Of a stretch of 64,000 nucleotides of DNA, positions 51,901 to 64,000 are shown in pieces; position 1 is the stretch's first letter, and every line of letters starts with the position of its first letter. The DNA is taken from positions 4,092,001 to 4,156,000 of the forward strand of contig NC_086374.1 of NCBI RefSeq assembly GCF_036588685.1, written 5' to 3'. The position numbers and the translations under genes are program-made. Source of the stretch: Mytilus trossulus. Taxonomy: Eukaryota. Under the pieces are notes generated by a model. It was not told the origin of the DNA. It did no database searches and saw only the letters and a list, made by a program, of their open reading frames with translations.

Positions 51901-54900
51901 TAGGGACTTACTGACAATTCCCTAATGACAGCAGTGTTGATTGTCAATTTTGAGAATTCTATTTGCCGAAAAATTCGTACAATATAGAATTATAGTTTCC
52001 AACCACTCAACATTGGAATGTAAGTGACGACCCCTCTAAACGCACAAATGACGTTCACCAAAACCAGTTTTTGACGGAAATGCACCGAACTCGAAAGTTG
52101 TTTATTGATATAATTGAAAAAAATAATAGAAAATGTACTCTATCTGTGCTAATCAGATATTTGTATACAATGACAGCCATACAACTAAGTTCTATTGAAA
52201 CATTCATTTTATGGTAACACTTGTACATATTCAACTCCAGCAAATAAACGTTATTTTTTTTTCTTTAAATGTGCAAAGCACTATGGGTTTGTCACTGAAA
52301 ACCTTTTGATAAATCTGCATTTGCTCAGCTTTTAGCTTTGAAAGGAGAGAAAATCGGTTGTAATAAGTGAATTTAAAAAATAATGAACAAATCGTTTTCA
52401 TATCACAAAAAATTAGAGTAACAGGGTATACATATTTTGTAAAATAAAACAATTAAAATGAATGGAGGTTCTTACCGTTTTATTACTGATGTGAACTGGA
52501 TGCTTGAAGACAACCCAATTCACACTCTGGAAACAGCCGGGAGTTGTAAGGGATCCTTTGTAAAAGTAAGAATCATCTTTCTTCGGTAGTAGAGTAAAAG
52601 GATTAAATTTAGTTTTCACATGCCCTAAAAAAAATGAGAAAAAATAAGTCCAGTCTTATATTTGTATTGTGTCCCGTAGAAACAAATATATGTTTTTATT
52701 TTTTTGTCAACAATATTTCATTGATTTCATTTACCAAAACATTTGTTCACATCATGTAAATATTTTCTTTCCAGAACAAAATGACATCTGTTCACGATTT
52801 TTTTCAGTTCTTTATTGCATGTCCTAATAAAGGCAACCCTTCAGCGAGCATATGGTCCTGAAAGCAGAAAATTTACTTTTTCTATATTCGGTTTAATTTA
52901 TTCACAACTTTAATTAGACTCGGCGATGATCTGTTTGTAGAATAATCGCATCAAACGCAAATGCTGTTCGTTCGATAACGAGCCGGGTAAAAAAAGCGAT
53001 CAAATAATTGTAAATTGCTGCAACGACTCGAAGGTCTCGCCTTCGGAATAATAATATAGTGCCAAGTCAGACTCGCAAGTCTTCTTGCGGATCGTTACCT
53101 TGTGAAATTGCAAGTTAGAAATTCGGCTCCACGTGTCCGCCTTGTACACAGCAGAGTATATAATCATATAACATATACATGTCCTTGGCATGATATTAAT
53201 GCAATATTTCCAACTGGATATTACTACTTGAAACATCTGTGTCTATATCCATCGTTTCATCCTCTTTTCATAAGACATCTAAAAACCTACCTTGAATGGA
53301 TTTCAGTTTGTGTCCATATTGGTTGATGAATTTGTCAAAAGCATTGAATTTTTGGTTCAAATCCTTAAAAATTAGAAATTCACACATTCAGCTTTAGATG
53401 TTGAGGTTACAAAATAAGATCTTTTACAATAATGCTAAATTTTAAAGTATGTGAATGCTCAAAAACCAAAGTAAGCGTTATCTTTTGATAGTTTTGAATT
53501 CATTGATATATTAATGAATATCTGAGCAATAATTGGAAAGAATTCAAAACAAATTTAAAACGTATCCTGCCATTTTCAGCATATCAAAATATTTTCAAAT
53601 TACATATTTAAGGTACTGTATATTCATTTATTTTCGTTGTACGACTATTTTTTTTGGATGATCACAAATGGTATTACCCCAAATGTATATGATGTATGCA
53701 TGTCAGGCTTTTCATATCCGCAAATACCAGAATACAAATTTTAAACAAAATGTACACAATTTTATTAAAATAATATTTACCTCTAAAAATATGCCAAGAA
53801 CCACGAGTCCATCATCCTTATTAACTGCCTTGCTAAATGTGTCATATTTTGTGTTATAATGTACCATATGCATCTATAGAACGAAATGTATTACATATAT
53901 AGTTATCAAAGGTACCAGTATTATAATTTAGTAGGCCAGACGCGCGTTTCGTCTACATAAGACTCATCAGTGACGCTCATATCAAAATATTTATAAAATA
54001 CCATGGGAATCAATCAATTTATATTGAATGGTCAATTATAATTGATAGCAGCCTGTCAAAATTACAGAGGTCGATAGCTTTGTTGATAAATTGAAATTAT
54101 ATCTACTTTTCTCCTGATTGATTGGTTGATTGATTGTCGTTTAACACACTTTTAACACTATTGCGGTATTTCGTGGCGGTCAGTATTTCAGTGATAAAGA
54201 AAGCCAGAGTGCCAGGAGAGAATCGAGAATCAGTAGGAAGACTGACAATCCTAGAAATTCAGATTGGAGTCGAGTTCACTTGTTCCGTGTTTCTTTAGAT
54301 AATACATGTAATTTACTTTTAACGAGAATGTATCATCCGCATTATCATTTTCTATTTTAGTGGACCGTGAAAATGGGATAAAACTCTAATTTAGCATTAA
54401 ATTAGAAAGATCCTATCATAAGGAACATGTATACTAAGTTTCATTAACTTCATTTAACTTCATTAAAAACTACCTCGACTAAAAACATTAATCTGCAGAT
54501 AGATCTTCACCCGATGAACATTTTTACTTTAATAGTTTTGCCCTAAATGCTTTGGTTTTTGAGTTATTCGCCAAAAACTGCATTTTACCCCTATATAGAT
54601 ATAGGAAGATGTGGTGTGAGTGCCAATGAGACAACTCTCCATCCAAATAACAATTTAAAAAGTAAACCATTATAGATTAAAGTACGGCCTTTAACACGGA
54701 GCCTTGGCTCATGTTCTATTTTTAGCCATGGCGGCCATCTTGGTTGGTTGACCGGGTCACCAGACACATTTTTATAACTACATACCCTAATGATGATTGT
54801 GGCCAAGTCTACATAAGACTCATCAGTGACGCCCATATCAAAATAGTTATAAAGCCAAACAAGTACAAAGTTGAAGAGCATTGAGGATTCAAAATTCCAA

Positions 54901-57851
54901 AAAGTTGTGCCAAATACGGCTAAGGTAATCTATTCCTTGGACAAAAAAATCCTTAGTTTTTCGAAAATTTCAAAGTTTTGTTAACAGGAAATTTAAAAAA
55001 ATGACCACATAATTGATATTCATTTCAACAACGAAGTGCTGACTACTGGACTGGTGATACCCTCGGGGACGAAACGTCTAACATATAGCATATAAAGTAT
55101 AGCTTAAGTTATAAAAAAAACTATATTGTACCAACAAAATTACCAAATTACCAAAAAAAAAGAAAATACAAAAATAACAGACTATTTGATATAATAGAAT
55201 CATTATATAATCTTAGGCCTAATAGTTAAAGTATGTATTGTAGTTTTACCTCTCCGGCGTACTTTTTACCATCAACAGAATGTTCGGAACCATCATTCTC
55301 GCTGTGTCCAAAGTGAAAATGGAAGTTATACAATTCAAAAATGTCAGTGGTGAATCTTGGGATCCCAGATATTTGTGTACCTTTGTCATTTAATGTGAAT
55401 GTCGGTGAATGTCCTGAAAGAATAGGAAAATGTATCTAGAATATGTACTTCCTGAACAACAAACACAATGATATTAATACCGAAATTAAACTTTAATTGA
55501 GGCCTTTGTATTGGGTTTTGATATAGAAAGGATTATGCGTTAATTGTTGTTTGCCTGTGTGTTGATAATGTTTACAAAAACATGAATGCAAATTAAACTG
55601 TAGAACAACATGTTAAAATCTAAATAATGCCTTATTAAAATCGGATTATCACTAAAAGGTTGATCAAATCACCAATAACACGTTAACATCAGGTAGAAGT
55701 AGATGTTAACTTTATATCAAGGTTAATCTCTCTCGGAATCATAAGTAACATATTGAAATACTAAATGTTTTGTTTGTCGTACTTTGTTCATATAACAAGT
55801 TCCATATGCATTTCATCAAAAGAGAGACCAAAACATATCGACTATTCAAAACATCAGTTATAAATCATAGTAACATAAGTATTCGACGCCGTATTTGTAA
55901 TAAAGGGATTATGGTCGCTCTTTCAATTGATTACCGTTATTTTTAAACATTCCTTTAAAATTACAGCCTTCTATCAGGTAATTCAGCTTGAATGGATAAT
56001 ACAGTGCATCATTGGTAACTACGTTGATAGGTGATTGTCGATCTCCTTTACAATCAGGCCAGAACAAACCCCAGTTTTGAGGACCTGTAATGTAATCATA
56101 CAAAATAGCCTTAAATAAATCCTATTCACTACAATAGTTTTATGGTGTAACCTCAAAAAAGATGTAATATTTCTTAGAATTCAGTAATATTGTTTTTCGT
56201 GAATTGGTTTGTCATATATCAGTCTTTGTTGTTTTTCGTTAATTGGTTTGTCATACATCAGTCTTTGTTGTTTTCGTTGGTTTTTTTTAGCTGACTGTGC
56301 GGTATGGGTATTATTTATTGTTGAAGACCGAAATATTACACACTCACATTGCACACTTTATCACTTTATTTCAAACGGAACTACAATAATGGTAACACTT
56401 TGTAAACGCAAACCCTATAGATCTGCGATCGTTGTACAGAAAGTTCACTCCTATAGTTGGCATGATTGTTAACCATCATGTGAAGTGTACCATATGATAC
56501 GGGACTTCCCTTTTTTTTGACACTTTGTGAATGCAGTTGAAGATTTAAAAGGTTGTTAAAGTCTCACCACATACAGTAAACATGAAAACAAGATACACAT
56601 ATATGAAATATCAAAAATGAAGTTGTGAGTCGATAATACGTTTATTCTAATTCAGAAATCATGTATAAAACAAATAAAACATATATGTGACCTATAGTTG
56701 TTACTTTCTATATAAATGCATATCTATAATAAAATGAACGGTACTAATTTTCTTGCACCAGATGCGCATTTCGACAATACATGTCTCTTCAGTGATACTC
56801 GTGGCCAAAATATTTGAAATCCAAAGTTTATAAAGAAGATGAAGAGCTATAATCCAAAAGGTCCAAAAAGTATAAGCTATACACATAAAAAAAAACATTA
56901 TAAAATGCAAATACTGGTACTCCTTGACAAAGCAGGTTTTGAAAACAATATTAGAACTAGATAAATACTTGTTTTCTTATTGTAATATTACAACTTAAAT
57001 AAATGAACAGAGCATACGCTAGATCTACGTATGATGGACATGTTAAAAGTACATGTTTTTTTATGATGATCTAAATAAAGGCAACAGTATTATACCGCTT
57101 TTCAAACTCATAAATCCATGGACAAAAAACAAAATCGGGATAACAAACTAAAACCGAGGGAAACGCATTAAATATAAGATAAATACATATTGTTACTCCT
57201 CTGAAACCATTTGACAGCAAGCTCTAGCAGTTGCTGTTCATTGGTAAGTTGGTTTGCCATCATGTGTTGTCAAAATAATTGAAACACACAATGTTATTCC
57301 TCATTTTTACAACGGCTGTGGATTTTTCGCGCTACAGCGCCGAAATGTTCATGTTCCAACTGTCAGCAATTGAGAGTATATATTTGTATAAAGTTCTCTT
57401 GGACATAAAAAACTGGTAACATTTTTTAGCAAGCGTTTCACTCTCACATTAACTTACCAATTACAACTTCCGTTCAAAAGATTAGTTAAATAAAATAGTT
57501 CAGGTAGTGGCATTTTTTTGCATGAAATCACAGTTTAGCATAACTAAATGCATATACAGGAATTGTTTTTGAAGAATGGAGATTAGCTGTTCTGCATTTA
57601 CGTCTATGAAGCTGTCTATTACAAGACTGCAGCTATATGTACCACTTGTATGCTGTTTCGATATATAAATAACAAAGTTCGTCAAAAACGATCATAAAAG
57701 AATATTTACCCATGATGCCGTTTTTAACATAGTCAAATCCAAAACCATGATGTGTCTTACGGGCCGGTAGATGTATCTTCTTCGATTGTCCCTTGTTTAA
57801 AATGATTAAAATAACACTAAAAACTAGTAAAGTTAACCTTAGTATCTCCAT
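48970..57851 (-). CDS. Secreted alpha-carbonic anhydrase, 7 exons, ~295 aa
   Basis: Exons 57851-57710, 56084-55935, 55413-55250, 53873-53781, 53363-53291, 52624-52476, 49086-48970; signal peptide, [53 protein letters not shown]; phases consistent (888 nt). Confidence 0.93.
49186..50332 (+). ncRNA. Tandem retrozyme-like array: four type I hammerhead motifs spaced 345, 374 and 355 bp
   Basis: Cores start at 49188, 49533, 49907 and 50262; best copy gcgtca-CTGATGA-gtcttatgtagac-GAAA-cgcgcGTC-tggcgt, predicted cleavage after 49938. Confidence 0.9.
50375..50670 (-). mobile_element. Inverted retrozyme copy with mutated core (GAAA to TAAA)
   Basis: Reverse complement of the array unit; gtagacTAAAcacgcgtc. 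Confidence 0.8.
51728..52106. mobile_element. MITE with imperfect terminal inverted repeats
   Basis: aatagaccactttcgagttc / gaactcgaaagttgtttatt. Confidence 0.7.
53933..53976 (-). ncRNA. Type I hammerhead ribozyme (family 1), intact core, in carbonic anhydrase intron 3
   Basis: gcgtca-CTGATGA-gtcttatgtagac-GAAA-cgcgcGTC-tggcct. Confidence 0.8.
54808..55080 (-). mobile_element. Retrozyme copy truncated within the hammerhead
   Basis: CTGATGA and stem II present; GAAA and stem III replaced by another repeat. Confidence 0.75.
56755..56798 (-). ncRNA. Type I hammerhead ribozyme, family 3, in carbonic anhydrase intron 1
   Basis: gtatca-CTGAAGA-gacatgtattgtc-GAAA-tgcgcATC-tggtgc; stems I and II pair, stem III palindrome ATGCGCAT. 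Confidence 0.8.
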
Positions 57852-60800
57852 ACTTCTGAGGTACCTGTTCCAGTCTCTAGTTCATTTATTGTGTGAGTAC
57901 AAAAACAACCACATAAAAACTCGTTGGCATTTTAATAATTGTATTACGCTTTTTTTCTTCTATATTTTGTTAAATCACCAGTAAAATGATTTTTTGTTCC
58001 ATGCAGATGATTTATTCATGCAGAATGCATAACAGAAAAATGTTAGTAATTACATTTTATCAATGGGCTTAATGCAACAGTATTTTAATACTTACAAACA
58101 ACTGAAATGACGTCACAATTAATCGGTGTCCAAAAATCTATGCCATTTACATGTTTACTCATACTAAGAGTCAATGACCGCAGACATTAACGTTTAGAAA
58201 ATATTGATGTGCACATACATAGATGTCAAAACGACAAGATAAATGCAGGACTGGTTAAGGCATATGAAACTTAGCCAGAATAAAGCGATGTGCATGAATA
58301 AACAAGAACTGGCGTTCAGACAAATCAATTAAAGTTTAACTTTGTATATTGTACATTATTAAAACAGTTATTAAAGCAAAACTTAATGGAAATATTGGTT
58401 ATACATACGTTAACGAGCTAAAATAAAAATAACATCAAACGACCAGCACTCGATATTATAGACTAATTCTCTCAACAATATATATCAAGGTTTTAGTTGC
58501 CACAAGTACACGTTTAAAATCTGCATACTGGTCAATCTTCACATTGTAATTGTTTTTCAAGTTTTTAGGGCAACTAAGATCTTGATACATGTATTTTCGT
58601 CAAAATGTCATAAATAGCCTGGTTTGGCTGTTCTGTTAATACTCTTTCTGATTTTATTATTTGCCCAGATTTTTACATCGAGCTTTACTATAGTGGATAT
58701 TGCAAACAATCGTGTTGTGCCTAATTACTCAGTATTGCCTCTACTCCATGACTAAATATAACTAAAACACAAATATAAATTTGCCGACAGCCCGTCGAAC
58801 GTGATAGACACCGTATTTAATTTGTATCTCAATTCTTCCCAGTAGTACACATTTTACAATTATTAAAACACATATATATATGTACAATATTTCAAATATT
58901 AATGTACCCACAGTGTATTCGCTTAAGATTCTGAATGTTTACCCTTCATAGATAGTCAAGGCCGTCCAGGAAAAACCAACAATCGTTCACATGATATATG
59001 AATATGAATGGAATAAAATTGAGAAAGGAAATGGTGAATATGTCAAAGCGACAACCACCCGACCATAGAGCAGACAACAGCCGAAGGCAACCAATGGATC
59101 TTCTATGTAGCGAGAATTCCCGCACCCGTAGGTGTACTTCAGCTGGAAACCTGTATCCGTGCTAATGCTCGAGCCTATCTCCGGATAAAAGTGGCGAACC
59201 ACACTTTTAATTTGCAAATACGTATACAAATACAAAAATCAGAAAACTACTTTAATTGCAATTAGCAATTAAAAATAAAGGAGCTTACTATGTTGAACGA
59301 CGGCTAGAAAGTGAAGCGCATGAAATACACCAATATATCGTAAGACAAAATTCAACTTCTGATTGGTCAATTTTATCATGCCTTATGAATATTTATGAAA
59401 AACGAAACGACAATACAATATTTTCCCGCTTTACTATACGAACCGCCGGAAAATACAAGTATTTTATGATTTTAAACAAATCTTCTTAATTTGGAGAATC
59501 TTCTTAATTTATTTTTTTCGTCTCGCACAAAGTTATAAATTTGATATGCAGTGTATTCGTCAAACAATTTTGATACTGATTATCATTATATCTAGGATTT
59601 TCATAAAAAAGTAAAATAGATATTTTTTTAAAAAGATGAAATGCATCAATGAACTATCAAATATTTAGTGTCCTAAAATTCAAGTTCTATATATATGACC
59701 TGTTTGAAGAGTGCTTAAGCATTTCACAAAATTTGAAAGAGTAAAACCACTAATGCATTTCTCCACTGCTCTCTGTTTAAAATTCTGCAATTTTAACCAT
59801 GCAGAGCTATTTGTCTTGAGTTCAAATAAAGTGACAGTCATTTCATTTTAAAAAAATACTTGAAAAAAAACAGTCTGTACTCGAAAAAAATTAGACCGAT
59901 TCACACAAAAATAACACGATCCAATAAAGACACTTTTCGAGTTCTATGAAAAATGCATGTATACTTACAAATACAAACTTTTCACCGACAGATCACCAAA
60001 AAACAATGATTTGACAATATGATAAAGTTATTCAGTAAATTGTTTGCCAAGAATATCCTTTAGATAATACCGTTACATTGGATTTAAAATGCTTCGGCAC
60101 TACAAGCTATTCATATGACATGTCTTTATATATGTTATATAAGTCTCGGTGCCTGTAAGTATTTAAACGACAATCTTAATTCTAAATTAAGATTAAAATT
60201 CCTTATATAGAAAGTTGTATTGAATTGAATTAACTACCGGATATATTATAAATAAAAGTCTGTTGATAGCCTGATATTTTATCACATGAAATGACCAATA
60301 GACTTCCCAGTCCTTAACCTTCTTTATAAACTTAAGGTGCAATTCCAAAGGTAGATCAAAAACTTTGATCATTCATACCTGACAGGTGAACGATAGCAAA
60401 ATCTAATTAAGACTCTACGTGGCGCAGCCATAAATAGCAACATTAACAAAGTTAACAAATCACTTTTGAATTGAGTTACAAAATGTTATGTATGAATACG
60501 TTGCAGATAACATTAATGAAACATACAAAAATATCTGTTATACACGGTAAGTGATTTGTTATTACGACGGAACTATTGACTTAATAATAATAATTATAAT
60601 GATAATTATCAAATGCACGAATGAATTAAATAATTATAAAAAAATATAACTCGACATCTAACTACCATAACAAAAAAAATGTACTCTTTTAAGTTCAAAG
60701 TTGTTCAACTTTATTTATTTTTTAAATTTGTCGCATTTATAAAAAAATTCTCATATGTGTTTTAAAGACGACATAAAATAGAAGAGGTCAAAATCTCTTC

Positions 60801-61079
60801 AATTTTTAGTATAGTTTCACTCTAAAATCACATCTCAATTTTCTAAAAGGAAATCCTAGGAAACATTTAAGCTTTTATCAAGCGCATATGATATTCATTC
60901 GTTTGATGTGTTTGAGATTTAGATTTTTGCCATTTGCTTATACATACTTTCCGTTTAGATTTTTCGGAGTTCGGTATTTTTGTTATTATACTCTTATATT
61001 AAGATAGTTGACGCAAAGGCGCTTTCCTTAATTATTTTAAATACAATACATTTTTTTTCAGATAGTCTTCGTAGAAAGA

Positions 61080-63235
61080 ATGATAGTGATAGTGACTTTG
61101 ATAATTATTCTGGAATACGTAGTAAGTAAGAAAACTATATTTTAAATAACATTATATGTAAGCGGTGTCAATTTCTATTGTTCATTCTTTTCGTGTGTCA
61201 TTATGTAATGATTGAAAACTAGCTAACCCAACACAAATACAGCTCCAGGTGGATTAAAGGACGTTCCTAATTCACAGATTCAAATTATCAAAAAAAAAGT
61301 TGAATTATAAGTTGAGATTTTTTGTGCCATACTGAGGATCTGATTCAACCGATGTTTCCAGCTATAGTCTAGTTGTATCAAACAAGGGCCATGATATCAA
61401 ATGAAAGTAAACGGAATTAATAAAATAAAAAAATTGGATGCCTTTTGCATATTTTTAAAAAGATTCACCGGCAACGAAAACTTCTAAAACCTTAAAAAAA
61501 TTACTTAGAGTTCCAAACTAGAATGATTATTGAAAACGTGAAACTGGTTTTGAATATTTGCAAAACATTCCAAAATAAAACAGAACAGTTCACATACTAA
61601 ATATTGAATGTAAAAGATGGGCGAAAGATAACAAAGGGACAGTATAACTAATAAATTTAAAACAAACTGACAACGTCATGGCTAAAAATAAAAAGGACAA
61701 ACACAAATAGTCGTACACATGACACAACAACCAAAAACTAGGGGTGATCTCAGCTATATTCTTTCAGTCTAATTTTATTATATTGAAAACAACTATTATG
61801 TGCTTTTGTATGTAAAGTTATGGTAAATCAAAGATATTCTTATTTCACTTTTGTCATGTTGTGTCCTTTTATAGTCGACTGGCCGGTATGAGTTTCCATA
61901 TGGTTGAAGTCCGAAAAGTGGCCTTTAGTTGCTTATATTCACTTCGTTTTGAAAAATGTGGGATAGTTGTCTCATTGGCATTTATACCACATTCCCTCAT
62001 GCGTGTATGATATAATATGATATAATTACTTTAGGGGACCAATTTGTAGGAGCTGGTCGTACATGATCCCCATTAAAAATAATCATGAAATTGAATTATC
62101 TTTTGTAGGTAATTGTCAGTCCTCTACAAGACAGACGGAGAAAACCGGGAAACTGTCGCGATAGAGATGGTATAATACTGCCAATATCAGAATTTGAGAT
62201 ATCGACGTGTGCAATGTGTTACTTCTATCTGATAAAAGAAAATCCCAAGTTGTTTCCAGTAAAGCAATGCAGCGCTTCTAATAGTAAAACGGTTTGTCTA
62301 ATGGAAAAGAATAAAAACAATAACATGAATTACTGTCATTGTCCTTCAATAAACAATGCAAGCTCTTTGATTTACATTGATAATTCTATTGGAAAAGAGA
62401 AGCTATCCAAACAATGGCATCAGTGCTGTGAAGATGCAGCAAGTTGTTGTAATGCACAAACATATAGTGATGACATTGACAAAATGCCCGAAGATAGGGA
62501 TGACGCATGTCCACACACCTGGGATGGGTGGATGTGTTGGAATAAAACTTTAAGGAAAACATCCGTGCACAACCAATGTCCGAGATTTTTGTCTTTGTCT
62601 GACTACAGAGGTACGTATCATAACCATTGAACAGAAATTGTATTTGTATTCGATGATATGTTGATACGCGTTCTTCTTTATCAAAAAAAGTAAAATTACA
62701 AAAATACTGAACTCCGAGGAAATTCAAAACGTTAAGTTCCTCATCAAATGGCAATTTTTAAATGTAGAAAATGGTAGATTGAACCTGGTTTTATAGCGCT
62801 ACACCGTTCACTTGTATGACAGTCGCGTCAAATTCCATTATATTTAAAACAATGCGTGAACAAAGCAGACATATAAGTAAAATTGTCAAAATAGGGATAC
62901 ATAAAGGCAACAGTAGTATACCGCTGTTCAAAACTCATAAATCCATGGACAAAAAACAAAATCGGGGTAACAAACTAAAACCGAGGGAAACAACATCAAT
63001 TTGTCACAATCTTTAATATAAGACCCAAGCAAGCAATATTTAACGACCACCTGAATGACAACAATAAGTCTGCCTGTTTGAAATAGAACAATAACTCTTG
63101 CAATTGAATTTTACAATAGAAAATGCAACTAAAGTTTGCACTGGGAATGGTACGTGGTGGGTTGACCCAGAGACTCTCCAAGAAAGAACAGATTATTCTA
63201 AATGCCTCTCGCAGGATGCTTTACAACGTCTGAAG
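61080..63235 (+). CDS. Class B (secretin family) GPCR, calcitonin/CGRP-receptor-like, N-terminal exons only (continues beyond window)
   Basis: Exons 61080-61121 (hydrophobic signal start), 62109-62610, 63120-63235; hormone-receptor domain CPHTWDGWMCW..CP..ATKVCTGNGTW..TDYSKC. Confidence 0.85.
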
Positions 63236-64000
63236 GTACAATTCAATATTCTTTTTAACAAACTACAAATGTGTATGCATATTCTATGTTCAATGCAAAT
63301 CTTACCGCGCGCTCAAAGAAAGGAAGATAGTTGATCTTTCAATATATAGTTAGTCACAAAAACAAATAACAATATGGCAAAAAATTAAATGACGAAAAGC
63401 CTCCAAAAAATTATACAGAAAATTATACGTTGCACATCATGAACTCCACAAAAAAAAAAGAAGAAAAAATTCATATGCTCAGTCAAGAGAAATTTACCAA
63501 TGTTCAAAATAATTAAATCCATTTGAATATTAAATTTTTTTGGACATGGTAGAGGGTTTTAAATCGTGAAGAGGCTTCCTTGGTGTTGGCTTTATCCCAG
63601 TCAAAGAGATTTGCCATGGTTTAGGAACTGAGCATGTACGTTGTTGCAAATTACCATGCATATTATTAAATAAGATATCTTTGAGGGAAATTCTCGCTAC
63701 ATTGATGACCTGTTGGTGGCCTTCTGCTGTTGTTTTGTCTATCATGGTCGGGTTGTTGTTTTTTTGACACATTCCCCATTTCCATACTCAATTTTATTAT
63801 GTATCCTAAACTTTAGTAACGTGGACATTAAATCGAAGACAGATTGATATACTTCTATAATCTGCCGAACTTTAAGATTTGCTGTAGGTTTGTGATGTCG
63901 ATTACACTGTTTTATTTGGATATATATCGCAATCTTTCCTCGAAATGAAACTTGCATTAAACATTGAGGAATAACACAATCATAAGCTGCATCTCAACAA

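Noticed and set aside
52231-52335. Alternative terminal exon of the carbonic anhydrase (LKAEQMQ...)
   Set aside because: It has an in-phase acceptor but lacks the conserved NxRPxQ motif found at 49086-48970

Overview
AT-rich, repeat-dense eukaryotic DNA with GT-AG introns; the repeat families and gene types suggest a bivalve mollusc, probably Mytilus (inference). I reconstructed five protein-coding genes by hand with consistent splice phases: a single-exon Toll-like receptor (-, 2630-5242); a 7-exon flavin amine/L-amino-acid oxidase (+, 13823-19162); a 9-exon exosome subunit EXOSC6/MTR3 (-, 41414-22170) whose intron 5 holds a 7.3-kb 67-bp satellite; a 7-exon secreted alpha-carbonic anhydrase (-, 57851-48970); and the 5' part of a calcitonin-receptor-like class B GPCR (+, from 61080). 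The strongest non-coding signal is a dispersed system of type I hammerhead ribozymes (CUGANGA...GAAA core, palindromic stem III) in three sequence families, including ~350-bp tandem retrozyme-like arrays whose units also carry an opposite-strand hammerhead-shaped motif. Other notable items are Penelope-like RT fragments, a deleted Ngaro-type tyrosine-recombinase retroelement with split direct repeats and an SGNH hydrolase ORF inserted into a ribozyme repeat, and two tandem duplications of exon-end plus splice donor (in frame x13 in the oxidase, unproductive in EXOSC6). Coordinates were counted by eye and may be off by a few bases.
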